Part shown: positions 34,515 to 43,987 of the stretch, piece after piece
Layout of the letters: each line of letters opens with the position of its first letter
Numbering within the stretch: the first letter of the stretch is position 1
Made by a program: the position numbers and the translations under genes
Assembly: GCA_011050235.1 (NCBI GenBank)
Contig: DRGC01000051.1
Location: 18,333 to 82,332, forward strand
DNA: 64,000 nt
From: Phycisphaerae bacterium
GTDB lineage: Bacteria > Planctomycetota > Phycisphaerae > SM23-33
Reading direction: 5' to 3'
The notes under the pieces: model-generated
Databases searched by the model: none
What the model was told of the DNA's origin: nothing
Seen by the model: only the letters and a program-made list of their open reading frames with translations

Positions 34515-37500
34515 ATGGCATTGGGCCCGGAATGGCAAGATCGGCTGAAAAGCTGGATGGATGCGCTCAAGAAGCATTTCTTCCGCAAGCTGGGCACGGT
34601 TGAGTTCGAAGGCTTCACGACGGCTGAGAAGCTCACGCCCGAGCAGGCGATGGCCCGGGACTTCGAGCCGCAGCCGGTGGGATCGAGCTGGGGCGAGAAG
34701 TTCCACTTCGGCTGGTTTCGCGGGTCCGTCACCGTCCCGGCTGAGGCGGCGGGCAAGAAGCTCGTCCTCCGCCACGGGTTCAACAAGGAGGGGCTGGTCT
34801 TCGTCGACGGCGCCCCGGCTGGGCACGTCAGCAACACCGGCCAGCCGTTCGTGCTGAGCCTTGATGCCGAGGCCGGACGCGAGTACGAGCTGCTGCTGGA
34901 GGTCTCCGCCGGCTACGACCCGCAGCGTTGCGACACCGGCCCGGTTCCCCTGGGCGAGCGGGCCGTGCCCGACGATCACCCCGGCAATACGCCGACGCTC
35001 GGCGAGACGGCCTTTGGCATCTGGCAGGAGCGGGCGGCGCAGCTTTGGTTCGACGCCGAAACGCTTCGGTCGATGCTTCCCTACATCTCGGAAGACTATT
35101 CCGTGCGGGCTAACGAAATCGAGGAAGCCCTGAAGGACTTCACGCTGATCGTCGACTTCGAGCTGCCTGAGGACGAAATGCTGGCCACCTTCGACGCGGC
35201 GCGCGAGCGGCTGGCCCCTGTGCTGGCCAAGCCCGCCGGGCCGTCGGCGCCGACGCTGACGGCCTTTGGGCACGGGCACCTGGACGTGGCGTGGCTGTGG
35301 CCGTTGGCGGAGACCGAGCGGAAGATCGCCCGCACCGTCAGCAACCAACTCTCCCTGATCGAGGAGTTCCCCTGGCACCGTTACCTGCAGCCGCAGCCGC
35401 ACCTGTACTGGATGCTCAAACGCGACTATCCCGAGCTATACGAACGGGTCAAGCAGGCGATCGCCGACGGAACAATCCTCGCCGATGGCGCCGTCTGGAT
35501 CGAGCCGGACACCAACATGGCCTCGGGCGAGGCGCTGATCCGCCAGTTCCTGTTCGGCAAGCGCTTCTTCAAGGAGGAGTTCGGCGTCGACAGCGAGGTA
35601 TTGTGGCTGCCGGACGTGTTCGGCTACTCGGGCAACCTGCCGCAGATCATGGCCGGCTGCGGCGTGAAGTACTTCTCCTCGTGGAAGATCTTCTGGAACT
35701 ACCACGGCGGCGAGCCATTCCCCCACGACATCTTCACGTGGGAAGGCATCGACGGCTCGACCGTGCTGGTGCAGTTGGTCAACAGCTACGGCATGGGCTG
35801 CACGCCGGATTCGACGATCCGCAACTGGCGCGACCGGCGGACCAAGGACCCGCGGTTCGACCAGCGGATGCACGTGTTCGGCTGGGGCGACGGCGGCGGC
35901 GGGCCATCGCTGGAACACCTGGAGTTCACGCGGCGGCAGTTCGACCTGGACGGGGTCCCGAAGATCAAGATGTCCAGCCTGGCTGAATCGTTCGCCGAAC
36001 TGGAAGCCAAGGGAGAGCCCAAGGATCGCTACGTCGGCGAACTGTACTTCCAGTGCCACCGCGGCGTGCTGACCAGCCAAGCCAAGACCAAGCTGGGCAA
36101 CCGCCGCGGCGAGTTGGCGCTTCGCGAGGCGGAGATGTGGTGCGTGGCGGCCGCAGCGGCGGATAAGGACTATGTCTATCCCACCGAGGCAATGACCGAC
36201 GCCTGGCGGGCCGTCCTGCTCAACCAGTTCCACGACATCCTGCCTGGTTCGTCCATCAAGCGGGTGCACGATGAAGCCGAGGCCGCCTACGCCGACGTCA
36301 TCGACGCGACGCGGAGTATCTTCTCCGTCGCCGCCGCCTCGCTGGCCGACCCGGGCGACGCGATCACCGTCTTCAACTCCCTCTCGTGGGATCGCCAGGT
36401 GCTCGTCATTCTGCCCAGCGAATGGATCGGCGCAACGACCGACAACGGCGAGTCGCTCTGCCCCCAAAAGAGCGACGGCCACCAGATCGTCGAAGTGACC
36501 GTGCCCTCCTGCGGCTGGACGACACTGACGCCCTCGCCCGCGTTGCAGGCCGACGATTCGAAGATCGTCCCCAACGGCGGCGTCGAGGCGGACGCCAACC
36601 GGCTGGAGAACGATCTGATCCGCATCGAGTTCGACGGCTCGGGGCGGATCACGAGCATCATCGACAAGCAGACGGGCCGCCAGTTCGCCGGCGGGCTGGG
36701 CAACGAATTCAAGATGTTCAAGGATACGCCCAGCCAGTTCGACGCGTGGGATATCGACAGCATGTACGAGCTTCTGCCGATCGATCTGGACCTGTCGGCC
36801 GACATCGACGTGATCGCCGCCGGGCCCCTGTTCGCCACGCTGCGGGTCAAACGCAAGCTCAACAATTCGGTGATGGTTCAGGACATTCGCCTGCGGACGG
36901 GCAGCCGGCGGGTGGACTTCCACACCGTCATCGACTGGCAGGAGCAGCACAAGCTGCTGAAGGTCGGCTTCGATACCAACATTCATGCTAACGAGGCGAT
37001 TCACGAGATCCAGTTCGGCCACGTCGCCCGGCCTAACCATCGCTCGCGGCCGTTCGACGCCGACCGGTACGAGGTCGCCAACCATCGCTGGACGGCCCTG
37101 GCCGAGGCCCGCCGCGGCGCCGCAGTGCTGAATGACTGCAAGTACGCGGTGAATTGCCTCGGCGGCACGATCAATCTGACGCTGCTGCGGGCGCCGATGG
37201 CCCCGGACGACCTGTGCGACCGCGGCCGGCAGGAGTTCACCTACGCCTTCTGCGTCTGGGACGACGCTTCGCTCGCCGACAGCGGCGTCGTCCGCGAAGG
37301 CTACTCGCTGAACACCCCGCCAACGGTCGTCGCCGGCGCGGGCGCCAGCCGGTCGCTGCTGAGCGTCGACGCCGACAATATCATCATCGAGACCGTCAAG
37401 CCCGCCGAGGACGGCAGCGGAGACGTGATCGTCCGTCTCTACGAATCGATGCGCACGGCCACCCGCTGCACGCTGGCCACAACACTACCGGCCGCCAGCG

Positions 37501-37613
37501 CCGTCGAGACAGACATGCTCGAAAACGAGACCGCCTCGCTGACCATTGCGAATGGCCGAGCCGATTTGAGCTTCCGCGCCTTCGAGGTCAAGACAATCCG
37601 GCTGAAGCGTTAG
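34515..37613 (+). CDS. Glycoside hydrolase family 38 alpha-mannosidase
   Basis: 1032 aa. GH38 N-terminal catalytic region (HGHLDVAWLW, WIEPDTNM, LWLPDVFGYSG), a central domain and a C-terminal beta-sandwich. ATG at 34515 with AAGGAG 6 nt upstream; the ORF-track extension is Arg/Ser-rich and was trimmed. Confidence 0.85.
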   Translation: MALGPEWQDRLKSWMDALKKHFFRKLGTVEFEGFTTAEKLTPEQAMARDFEPQPVGSSWGEKFHFGWFRGSVTVPAEAAGKKLVLRHGFNKEGLVFVDGAPAGHVSNTGQPFVLSLDAEAGREYELLLEVSAGYDPQRCDTGPVPLGERAVPDDHPGNTPTLGETAFGIWQERAAQLWFDAETLRSMLPYISEDYSVRANEIEEALKDFTLIVDFELPEDEMLATFDAARERLAPVLAKPAGPSAPTLTAFGHGHLDVAWLWPLAETERKIARTVSNQLSLIEEFPWHRYLQPQPHLYWMLKRDYPELYERVKQAIADGTILADGAVWIEPDTNMASGEALIRQFLFGKRFFKEEFGVDSEVLWLPDVFGYSGNLPQIMAGCGVKYFSSWKIFWNYHGGEPFPHDIFTWEGIDGSTVLVQLVNSYGMGCTPDSTIRNWRDRRTKDPRFDQRMHVFGWGDGGGGPSLEHLEFTRRQFDLDGVPKIKMSSLAESFAELEAKGEPKDRYVGELYFQCHRGVLTSQAKTKLGNRRGELALREAEMWCVAAAAADKDYVYPTEAMTDAWRAVLLNQFHDILPGSSIKRVHDEAEAAYADVIDATRSIFSVAAASLADPGDAITVFNSLSWDRQVLVILPSEWIGATTDNGESLCPQKSDGHQIVEVTVPSCGWTTLTPSPALQADDSKIVPNGGVEADANRLENDLIRIEFDGSGRITSIIDKQTGRQFAGGLGNEFKMFKDTPSQFDAWDIDSMYELLPIDLDLSADIDVIAAGPLFATLRVKRKLNNSVMVQDIRLRTGSRRVDFHTVIDWQEQHKLLKVGFDTNIHANEAIHEIQFGHVARPNHRSRPFDADRYEVANHRWTALAEARRGAAVLNDCKYAVNCLGGTINLTLLRAPMAPDDLCDRGRQEFTYAFCVWDDASLADSGVVREGYSLNTPPTVVAGAGASRSLLSVDADNIIIETVKPAEDGSGDVIVRLYESMRTATRCTLATTLPAASAVETDMLENETASLTIANGRADLSFRAFEVKTIRLKR

Positions 37614-37684
37614 GCTGTAATCGCGAAGAGACTCCAGCCAGCGCTGACTGGACGGCAACTGGACAAGGGGATTATGCAATGATT

Positions 37685-37769
37685 GGGTGCCACGCTTTTG
37701 CGTTGTCTGCAAAAGCGTGCAGGGCCCCGAATTGAAATACACGCTTCTGCAAGCAGAAGCGTGGCACCC
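37685..37769. repeat. REP-like double-hairpin element, copy 3
   Basis: gggtgccacgcttttgcgttgtctgcaaaagcgtgcagggccccgaattgaaatacacgcttctgcaagcagaagcgtggcaccc. Lies between convergent genes. Confidence 0.7.
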
Positions 37770-37798
37770 GCCAGGGCTACGCGATATCGGAATCTGCC

Positions 37799-39658
37799 CT
37801 AGCTGTGGGCCTCGACCGTCTCGAGGGCGGGCTCGGCCGCTGGGCCCGGTGTGCCGGGGAGGGCGTGGGCGGCGCGGTGGTTGTCGACGGACCGCATGGG
37901 GATTTGGCTGCGGGGCGGGTGCGTGCAGCGTTTGATCGTGCAGACCATCAGCCGCAGACCCCAGATGAACGTTCGCCGGGCCGTCTTGGCCAGGCCCCAC
38001 ATGCCGAAGATCTGGAGCGCCACGTCCTGCTTCCTGAAGCGGTTGCCCTTGCCAAAGAGCAGGTGCAGCATCCGCAGCGGGTTGTAGAACCACAGGTAGC
38101 CCAGCAGGATGTTGAACTGTTTTCGCCACGGCTGGGGGTGCAGCGAGGCGATGACGTGGTTGCCGTCGATCAGGTACGGTTCGACCCGCCGGCGGCCCAC
38201 ACTGTGGTAGACCATTTTGGTGGTATAGGTCGGAACGTAAAGCTTCGACCCCGGCGACGGCGTGACCATCAGCACCTGCAGGCTGGTGGCCCCGGCGGCC
38301 TTGAGCAGCCGCACCTGGTTGAGCAGCCCGCTGTCGTCGTCGCGCGTCCTGAGAGGCTGCTCGTCGTGGTGCATCATCATCGGCATCGGCATAATGCCGT
38401 TTTCTCGCAGCAACTGGAACGTCTCGGTGGTCTTGTCGGCCGATTGGCCCTTTTGGACCAGCTTGCCGGACATATCCTCCACGCCGATCCACAGGGCTCG
38501 GATGCTGGCCAGGCGAATCAGCGGCAGGTGCTCGCGCAGTTGCAGCGTATCGTGAACGGTCGCCTCGGTGGCCAGCCGCACTCGGCGGCGCAGCGCCTGG
38601 CCGTCGATCTTGGCCATCGCCAGCGTCTCGACCATGGTCAGTGTTCGCTCGTGGTCGTTGAAAAAGTTGTCATCGGCGCCGAAGTAGTTCCGCAGGCCGT
38701 ACTCGCCATAGAGCCGCGATAACTCCTCGACGATTCGCTCGCCGCTCTTCGTGCGGTATTGCCGCTGGTTGTAGGCCGGGATCGGACAGTACTGGCAGCG
38801 AAACTTGCAGCCCACCGTCATCACCAGCGAGCTGAGCGGCGTCAGGCGGCGGACGCGTTCGGGCCCTGCGGGGACCGACGACAGCGTCGCCTTGCGGCCG
38901 GGCGGCTCGAGCAGGCCGTACCCCAGCGCCGGGTGCGCCAGATCGTCCAACTCGCCGGCCAGTCGCTGAATGCCGGTATCGATGAGTTCTTCGGGCGGCC
39001 CATCCCCTCGGCCGAGGGCATAGACCAGTCCTGGGATATCGTCCAACATGCCGCTGTCGCGGGCGCGGAGGAACGTCTGCCGGATGCGCTCGCCGCTGCC
39101 GCGAGCATTGAGCAGCACCTCCAGCAAGCTCAACAAAACATAGTCTTCGCCGGTAACGGCCAGGTCGGCGGCCCAGGGATCATCCGGGTCGGGAGAGAAT
39201 ACATCCCACGGCTCGTAGATGGTCTTGGGGCCTCCGACAATCACGAGCGGGCGATGGGCCGGGTCGATCCGGCACGCGTCGCGAATAAGCTCGCGACAGG
39301 GCGTCCAGTGCAACTGCATGCTGGAGATCAGCAGCAGGTCGGGCACGCGGCCGTCCAATTTCATCTGCGACGGGCGGACCTTCCGGTTCCACTGCTGCAG
39401 GACGATGCGGGTCTTTTCGAACCCGGAGTCGACCATCGACGACCCGACGGCCCGCACGCCGGCGGGCGCCATCCGCAGATCGGCGTAGAGAAACGGCAGC
39501 ATCCGCGTGCGGTGATCGAACGCGCAGACGATCACGCTGGCCAGATCGTGCGCCGGTGCGATTCGTCGAAGGCGCGCGCGGATGTCGGCCACCTCACCGG
39601 CCGCCAATAACCGATCGCCTTCATCGCGAAAAGGAAGTTCCATGCCGCATCGCTCCAC
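37799..39658 (-). CDS. B12-binding domain radical SAM protein
   Basis: CKFRCQYC (CxxxCxxC) in the central radical SAM core, with an N-terminal ~250-aa region consistent with a cobalamin-binding domain. 619 aa, typical of class B radical SAM enzymes. Confidence 0.75.
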   Translation of the reverse strand: MERCGMELPFRDEGDRLLAAGEVADIRARLRRIAPAHDLASVIVCAFDHRTRMLPFLYADLRMAPAGVRAVGSSMVDSGFEKTRIVLQQWNRKVRPSQMKLDGRVPDLLLISSMQLHWTPCRELIRDACRIDPAHRPLVIVGGPKTIYEPWDVFSPDPDDPWAADLAVTGEDYVLLSLLEVLLNARGSGERIRQTFLRARDSGMLDDIPGLVYALGRGDGPPEELIDTGIQRLAGELDDLAHPALGYGLLEPPGRKATLSSVPAGPERVRRLTPLSSLVMTVGCKFRCQYCPIPAYNQRQYRTKSGERIVEELSRLYGEYGLRNYFGADDNFFNDHERTLTMVETLAMAKIDGQALRRRVRLATEATVHDTLQLREHLPLIRLASIRALWIGVEDMSGKLVQKGQSADKTTETFQLLRENGIMPMPMMMHHDEQPLRTRDDDSGLLNQVRLLKAAGATSLQVLMVTPSPGSKLYVPTYTTKMVYHSVGRRRVEPYLIDGNHVIASLHPQPWRKQFNILLGYLWFYNPLRMLHLLFGKGNRFRKQDVALQIFGMWGLAKTARRTFIWGLRLMVCTIKRCTHPPRSQIPMRSVDNHRAAHALPGTPGPAAEPALETVEAHS

Positions 39659-39928
39659 AGGGGACCATCAGGGCTCGCCTACCATTCATCCATCCAGGCT
39701 AGGCCAGCGGGCCAAGATGATACTCCATCCGTCGCGCTGGGCCAAACCCTAAGCGACGTCCCTGGGCGAGCGGATGAGCCTTGCCCCCGGCCCCTGCGGG
39801 TCATAAGCTGGCCTCGGGTGGAAAATGCCAATTTCACGAGAACTTTCAACAAGGTGCAGGCGTCTTAAAGACTGGCCAGCCATAGGGGTCTGCGCCAAGT
39901 CGCCGCACCGACAATGAAGGAGACTACC

Positions 39929-41749
39929 ATGCCCACGAAACCTTACATCACACTGGGAATGCTGTTTGTCTTGCTGCTCGCAACGGCCGCCTTGGGCGAG
40001 CCCACCATCGCCGACAGCCGGATCGAGTCCGTCACGGTCTATCGCGGCCAGGCCCTGGTCACGCGCGTGGTGACGCTGCCGGCGGAAAAGGGCGAGCTTC
40101 AGGTCGTCGTTGAGGATCTGCCCGCGGCGGTGATCGGATCGTCCCTGGCCGCCAGCGCCGACGGGGCCGAGGGCGTGACGATTCGGTCGGTCCGCTACCG
40201 CAGCGAGGCGCTGGACCAGGCCCCCCGCGAAGATGTCGCCGAACTGGACGAGCAGATCAAGGACACAAACCACGAGATCTTCGCCAACAAGCAACGCCTG
40301 GGGCTGCTGGACAGCAAGAGCGCCTATCTGGACAAGTTGGCGACGTTCATCACCCCCACGGCCAGCACCGAGATGAGCAAGGGCGTCCTGAATGTCGAGA
40401 CCCTGGGCCGGATCACGCAGATGTCGTTCGAGGCCCGGGGCGACATCGTGGAGCAGCGGATCGAGCTGACGAGGCGCGCCGCCGACTTGCAGGAGGAGCT
40501 CGGCCTGTTGCAGCGGAGGCGAACGGAACTGGCCGGCAGCGGGCAACAGGCCGCCCGCCAGGCGGTTATTTTCGTCTTCAAGGATCGGTCCGGCGCAGCG
40601 GCTGTCCACCTGAAGTACCTGGTCAACTCGGCCAGTTGGTCGCCGGCATACAACCTGCGCCTCAACGGCGACGGCTCGACGGTCGATGTCGAGTACCTCG
40701 CCGAGGTCCAGCAGAAAAGCGGCGAGGACTGGGCCGGCGTCCGCCTGACGCTCTCGACGGCGACACCGCAGCTCAATGCCCGCAACCCGCTGCTGGGCCC
40801 GCTGTGGGTGGGCCTGACGGCGGCGGCGGACCAGCCGGCCAGCGCCGACAAGTACGTCAAGTCCAAGAGGCTGCTGTTGGGGGGTCAACGGAGAGCGGGC
40901 GAGCAGTTTGCGGCCCAATCCGGCGAAAAGGGCGGCAATCTGGAGCTTGGCTGGGCGCTGAACAAGGCGGCGGCTGACAGTCAGCAGTTGGACCTTGCCG
41001 CAGATCCGGCCGCCGTTCGCGCGGGCCGGGGACGCCTGCGGGCGATGGAAGAGGGCTTGGCCGTCTCATACACGTTGGACGGCCGGATGCACCTGGCCAG
41101 CCGGTCGGACAGGCAGTTGATCCAGATCAACCGGCTCGAGCTGCCGGCGGCGACGCACTACGAGGCAACGCCGCTGCTGACCAACTACGTCCATCAACTG
41201 GCCGAGCTCGTCAACACCAGCCCCATGCCCCTGCTGGGCGGCCCCTACAGTGCCTACATCGGTCAGGAGTTCGTCGGCAAGGGACGCCTGCCGGTCGTCG
41301 CCCGCGGACAGAACGTGACGGTCGGCTTCGGCATCGACACACAGTTGCGCTGCTCGCGCGAACTGGTCGAGAAGTCCGACGAGGTCTCCTGGGGCCAGCG
41401 GATTCAGACGTTCGACTATCAACTTCGCCTGGAGAACTTCAAGGACCACCCCGTGACGGTTCGCCTCTATGACCGCATCCCGGCCAGCAAGACCGAGGAC
41501 ATCGACATCACGCTGGGCAAGGTCTCCGACGAGCTGTCCACCGACGAACTCTATGTCCGCGACCTGAAGGACAAAGGCCTGCTGCGGTGGGACATTCAGC
41601 TCCCAGCCAACGCCGCCGGCGCCGAAGCGAGAGATGTGACCTACCGCTTTGTGATGAAGTTCGCCAAGAACAAACACCTCGGCCGCCAGGCCGGCAACCT
41701 GCTGCCAGTCATGAAGGCCGACTACATGATGAGAATGATGATGCACTAG
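39929..41749 (+). CDS. Secreted DUF4139-family protein (N-terminal signal peptide)
   Basis: ATG at 39929 with AAGGAG at a 6-nt spacing. Signal peptide MPTKPYITLGMLFVLLLATAALGEP. The ~600-aa architecture resembles DUF4140/DUF4139 proteins. Confidence 0.65.
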   Translation: MPTKPYITLGMLFVLLLATAALGEPTIADSRIESVTVYRGQALVTRVVTLPAEKGELQVVVEDLPAAVIGSSLAASADGAEGVTIRSVRYRSEALDQAPREDVAELDEQIKDTNHEIFANKQRLGLLDSKSAYLDKLATFITPTASTEMSKGVLNVETLGRITQMSFEARGDIVEQRIELTRRAADLQEELGLLQRRRTELAGSGQQAARQAVIFVFKDRSGAAAVHLKYLVNSASWSPAYNLRLNGDGSTVDVEYLAEVQQKSGEDWAGVRLTLSTATPQLNARNPLLGPLWVGLTAAADQPASADKYVKSKRLLLGGQRRAGEQFAAQSGEKGGNLELGWALNKAAADSQQLDLAADPAAVRAGRGRLRAMEEGLAVSYTLDGRMHLASRSDRQLIQINRLELPAATHYEATPLLTNYVHQLAELVNTSPMPLLGGPYSAYIGQEFVGKGRLPVVARGQNVTVGFGIDTQLRCSRELVEKSDEVSWGQRIQTFDYQLRLENFKDHPVTVRLYDRIPASKTEDIDITLGKVSDELSTDELYVRDLKDKGLLRWDIQLPANAAGAEARDVTYRFVMKFAKNKHLGRQAGNLLPVMKADYMMRMMMH

Positions 41750-41850
41750 CCGCCCAGCAAACGGACGCGACGTCCCGCACGGCCCGTTGCCCCGGAAAAG
41801 AACAAGACGCTGGATCGGCCCATGGGGCTGCCCAGCGTCTTGCGTTAAAA

Positions 41851-41941
41851 CGGAGAGGGCGGGATTCGAACCCGCGGATCGAGGAATACCCCGATCAACG
41901 GTTTAGCAAACCGTCGCATTCAGCCACTCTGCCACCTCTCC
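41851..41941 (-). tRNA. tRNA-Ser (anticodon GCU), class II with long variable arm; CCA not encoded
   Basis: Reverse complement reads GGAGAGGTGGCAGAGTGGCTGAATGCGACGGTTTGCTAAACCGTTGATCGGGGTATTCCTCGATCCGCGGGTTCGAATCCCGCCCTCTCCG. There is a 7-bp acceptor stem, anticodon stem ACGGT/ACCGT with loop TTGCTAA, and T-loop GGTTCGAATCC. Confidence 0.85.
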
Positions 41942-42142
41942 GGGTGGGGTGCGGCGAACGGGTACCTTATCGAGCCGGCGTGGGTGTGTCAAGGTGAGGA
42001 ACGGGGACATCTTCTTAGCCCATCCCTGCGACGAGCCCTATATCCCTCATCCTTGCCCGACCTTTGCCGAAGATAATGCTTTGGGCGCCATCCCGACGTA
42101 CGTCGGGACTCACAGAAGGGTGCGATCTGCAAGGGGCGAGGC

Positions 42143-42175
42143 GGGCACGCTTCCACGAGTGGAAGCGTGGCACCC
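42143..42175. repeat. REP-like element, single-hairpin copy
   Basis: gggcacgcttccacgagtggaagcgtggcaccc. Confidence 0.5.
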
Positions 42176-42263
42176 CTATTGAGGACCAGACGCAAGGCGT
42201 TGCCGATGACAGGTTGGATCATCGAGCTTGATTTTGAGGGGGGGCCACCTACACTCAATCACC

Positions 42264-42992
42264 ATGAGCGTTATCGCCATTATCCCGGCGCGGTTTGCGT
42301 CGACGCGGCTGCCCGGCAAGCCGCTGCTGGCTGAGACCGGCAAGCCGCTGATCGAGCACGTCGTCGAGGCCGTCCGGGCCGCTCGGCGCGTCGACGAGAT
42401 CGTCGTGGCTACCGACGACGAACGAATCGCCGCCGCCGTGGAAGGCTTCGGCGCCCGGGCCGTCATGACCAGCGCCGATTGCGCCAGCGGGACGGATCGC
42501 CTGGCCGAGGCCGCCGCGGCCCTGGCCCTGGCCGACGACGATATCGTCATCAACGTTCAGGGAGACGAGCCCGACATGCCCGGGGCCTGCATCGATCGGT
42601 TGGTGGAACTAATCGCCTCGGCCGAGGCGCCGATGGCCACACTGGCGACCCCCCTGCCCGCCGATCGGGCGAGCGACCCGAACAAGGTGAAGGTCGTCTG
42701 CGACGGCGACGGGCGAGCGATGTATTTTTCCCGCTCGCCGATCCCCTGCGACCGCGACGCGGCCGGCTTCGACGGGTACCTGCTGCACGTGGGCATCTAC
42801 GCCTATCGCGCAGGTTTCCTCAAGCAGTTCGCCGCCTTGCCTCCCTCGCCGGCCGAGCGGACCGAAAAGCTCGAACAGCTCCGCGCACTGGAGAATGGCT
42901 TCACCATCGCCGTGGCGGTCGTGGACTACGCGGGCGACGGCATCGACACGCCCGAAGACTACGCCGCCTTCGTCGCACGCCAACGAAGCTAG
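42264..42992 (+). CDS. kdsB: 3-deoxy-manno-octulosonate cytidylyltransferase (CMP-Kdo synthetase)
   Basis: MSVIAIIPARFASTRLPGKPL...VATDDERI...NVQGDEP is the canonical KdsB N-terminal and motif set. Confidence 0.85.
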   Translation: MSVIAIIPARFASTRLPGKPLLAETGKPLIEHVVEAVRAARRVDEIVVATDDERIAAAVEGFGARAVMTSADCASGTDRLAEAAAALALADDDIVINVQGDEPDMPGACIDRLVELIASAEAPMATLATPLPADRASDPNKVKVVCDGDGRAMYFSRSPIPCDRDAAGFDGYLLHVGIYAYRAGFLKQFAALPPSPAERTEKLEQLRALENGFTIAVAVVDYAGDGIDTPEDYAAFVARQRS

Positions 42993-43060
42993 CTGCATCC
43001 GCAGCGACGGCCAATACCTCGGCCGCCGATCCGGCTTCGCGATCGAAGAACAGCGGGCGA

Positions 43061-43867
43061 CTACTGGGTGTTGGCCTCGGGCCCAACGAGTTGGAAGACA
43101 CAGCCGGTGGGCAGGTAGGTGGCGGTGACGTCGAGGGCGCGGGTGATGTAGTCGGCGAGTGTGATCATGCCGGCTTCTTCGCTGGTCCCGTGGTTGACGC
43201 GGATGACGCCGAAGCCGATGTCCTCGGCATTCTGGATGCCGGCCCAGTAACACGAGCCGTCGTCGCAGACGATGCCGCAATCACAGCCCAGCTCGTAGTA
43301 GCCATTCAGGTCGCACCCACAGCCGGTGCCCGCGCCGACCTTGCTGACGACCATTTCCGGATCGCCGGTAAGTTGGACGATGCCTTCGCCGAACGGTTCG
43401 CAGGCGGCGGCGACGTGGCCGGCGAGCTGGCCAAGCGTCAACGGCTCGACGTCGCAGCGCAGCAGATAGCCGTCGCCGCCGCGGGTGACGCCGCTGCCAT
43501 CGCCGTACAGGCCCAGATGCTTGGCCCAGGCAAACGGAATGCCGATCTCATCCCAACGGTCCCACGTGTCGTGAAGCCGCAGGACTGTCATGCCAAGCTC
43601 GGTGATCATGGCCAGCTTGTCGCGCGAGGCGGGCGTGTTGCCCGGGCGATCGTCGTTGTGATTCCAGAACGTCGGCTCATGGGTAACGAAGAGCTTCACG
43701 CCCATCTCAGCCGCCCGGCGGAGATTCCGCGTCGACGGTATCCAGCAGACCGTGCAGCGGTCGGCGTCGAGGTCGGGGTCGCCAACGATGATCTTATCGA
43801 CCGTGTTGGCCGGATCGACCCAGGGCGAGTTCGATAGGAAGTGTTCCAGGACGTCTCGTGCTAGCAT
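43061..43867 (-). CDS. Nif3-like dinuclear metal centre protein (YbgI/GTP cyclohydrolase I type 2 family)
   Basis: Start at MLARDVLEHF (ATG at 43865-43867). HEPT and HDTWD-type metal-binding segments. The ORF-track extension covers the REP element. Confidence 0.7.
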   Translation of the reverse strand: MLARDVLEHFLSNSPWVDPANTVDKIIVGDPDLDADRCTVCWIPSTRNLRRAAEMGVKLFVTHEPTFWNHNDDRPGNTPASRDKLAMITELGMTVLRLHDTWDRWDEIGIPFAWAKHLGLYGDGSGVTRGGDGYLLRCDVEPLTLGQLAGHVAAACEPFGEGIVQLTGDPEMVVSKVGAGTGCGCDLNGYYELGCDCGIVCDDGSCYWAGIQNAEDIGFGVIRVNHGTSEEAGMITLADYITRALDVTATYLPTGCVFQLVGPEANTQ

Positions 43868-43885
43868 CGTAGGCCTTTCTCGCTG

Positions 43886-43963
43886 GGTGGCACGGCTTGC
43901 TCGCAAGCCGTGTGGAACGCCGTGCATCGACGAACACGGCTTGCAAGCAAGCCGTGCCACCCA
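43886..43963. repeat. REP-like double-hairpin element, variant copy (CACGGCTT stem)
   Basis: gggtggcacggcttgctcgcaagccgtgtggaacgccgtgcatcgacgaacacggcttgcaagcaagccgtgccaccc. Confidence 0.6.
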
Positions 43964-43987
43964 TAGTTGATTGGTTTAGCTCCGTGC

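Noticed and set aside
35436-37085. 549-aa minus-strand ORF inside the GH38 gene
   Set aside because: Antisense artefact; GH38 motifs are on the plus strand.
41750-42260. tRNA-Ser as an integration hotspot (checked for an adjacent integrase or genomic island)
   Set aside because: No integrase, direct repeat of the tRNA 3' end, or GC shift flanks the tRNA; the neighbouring genes are housekeeping (kdsB, Nif3, pepC).
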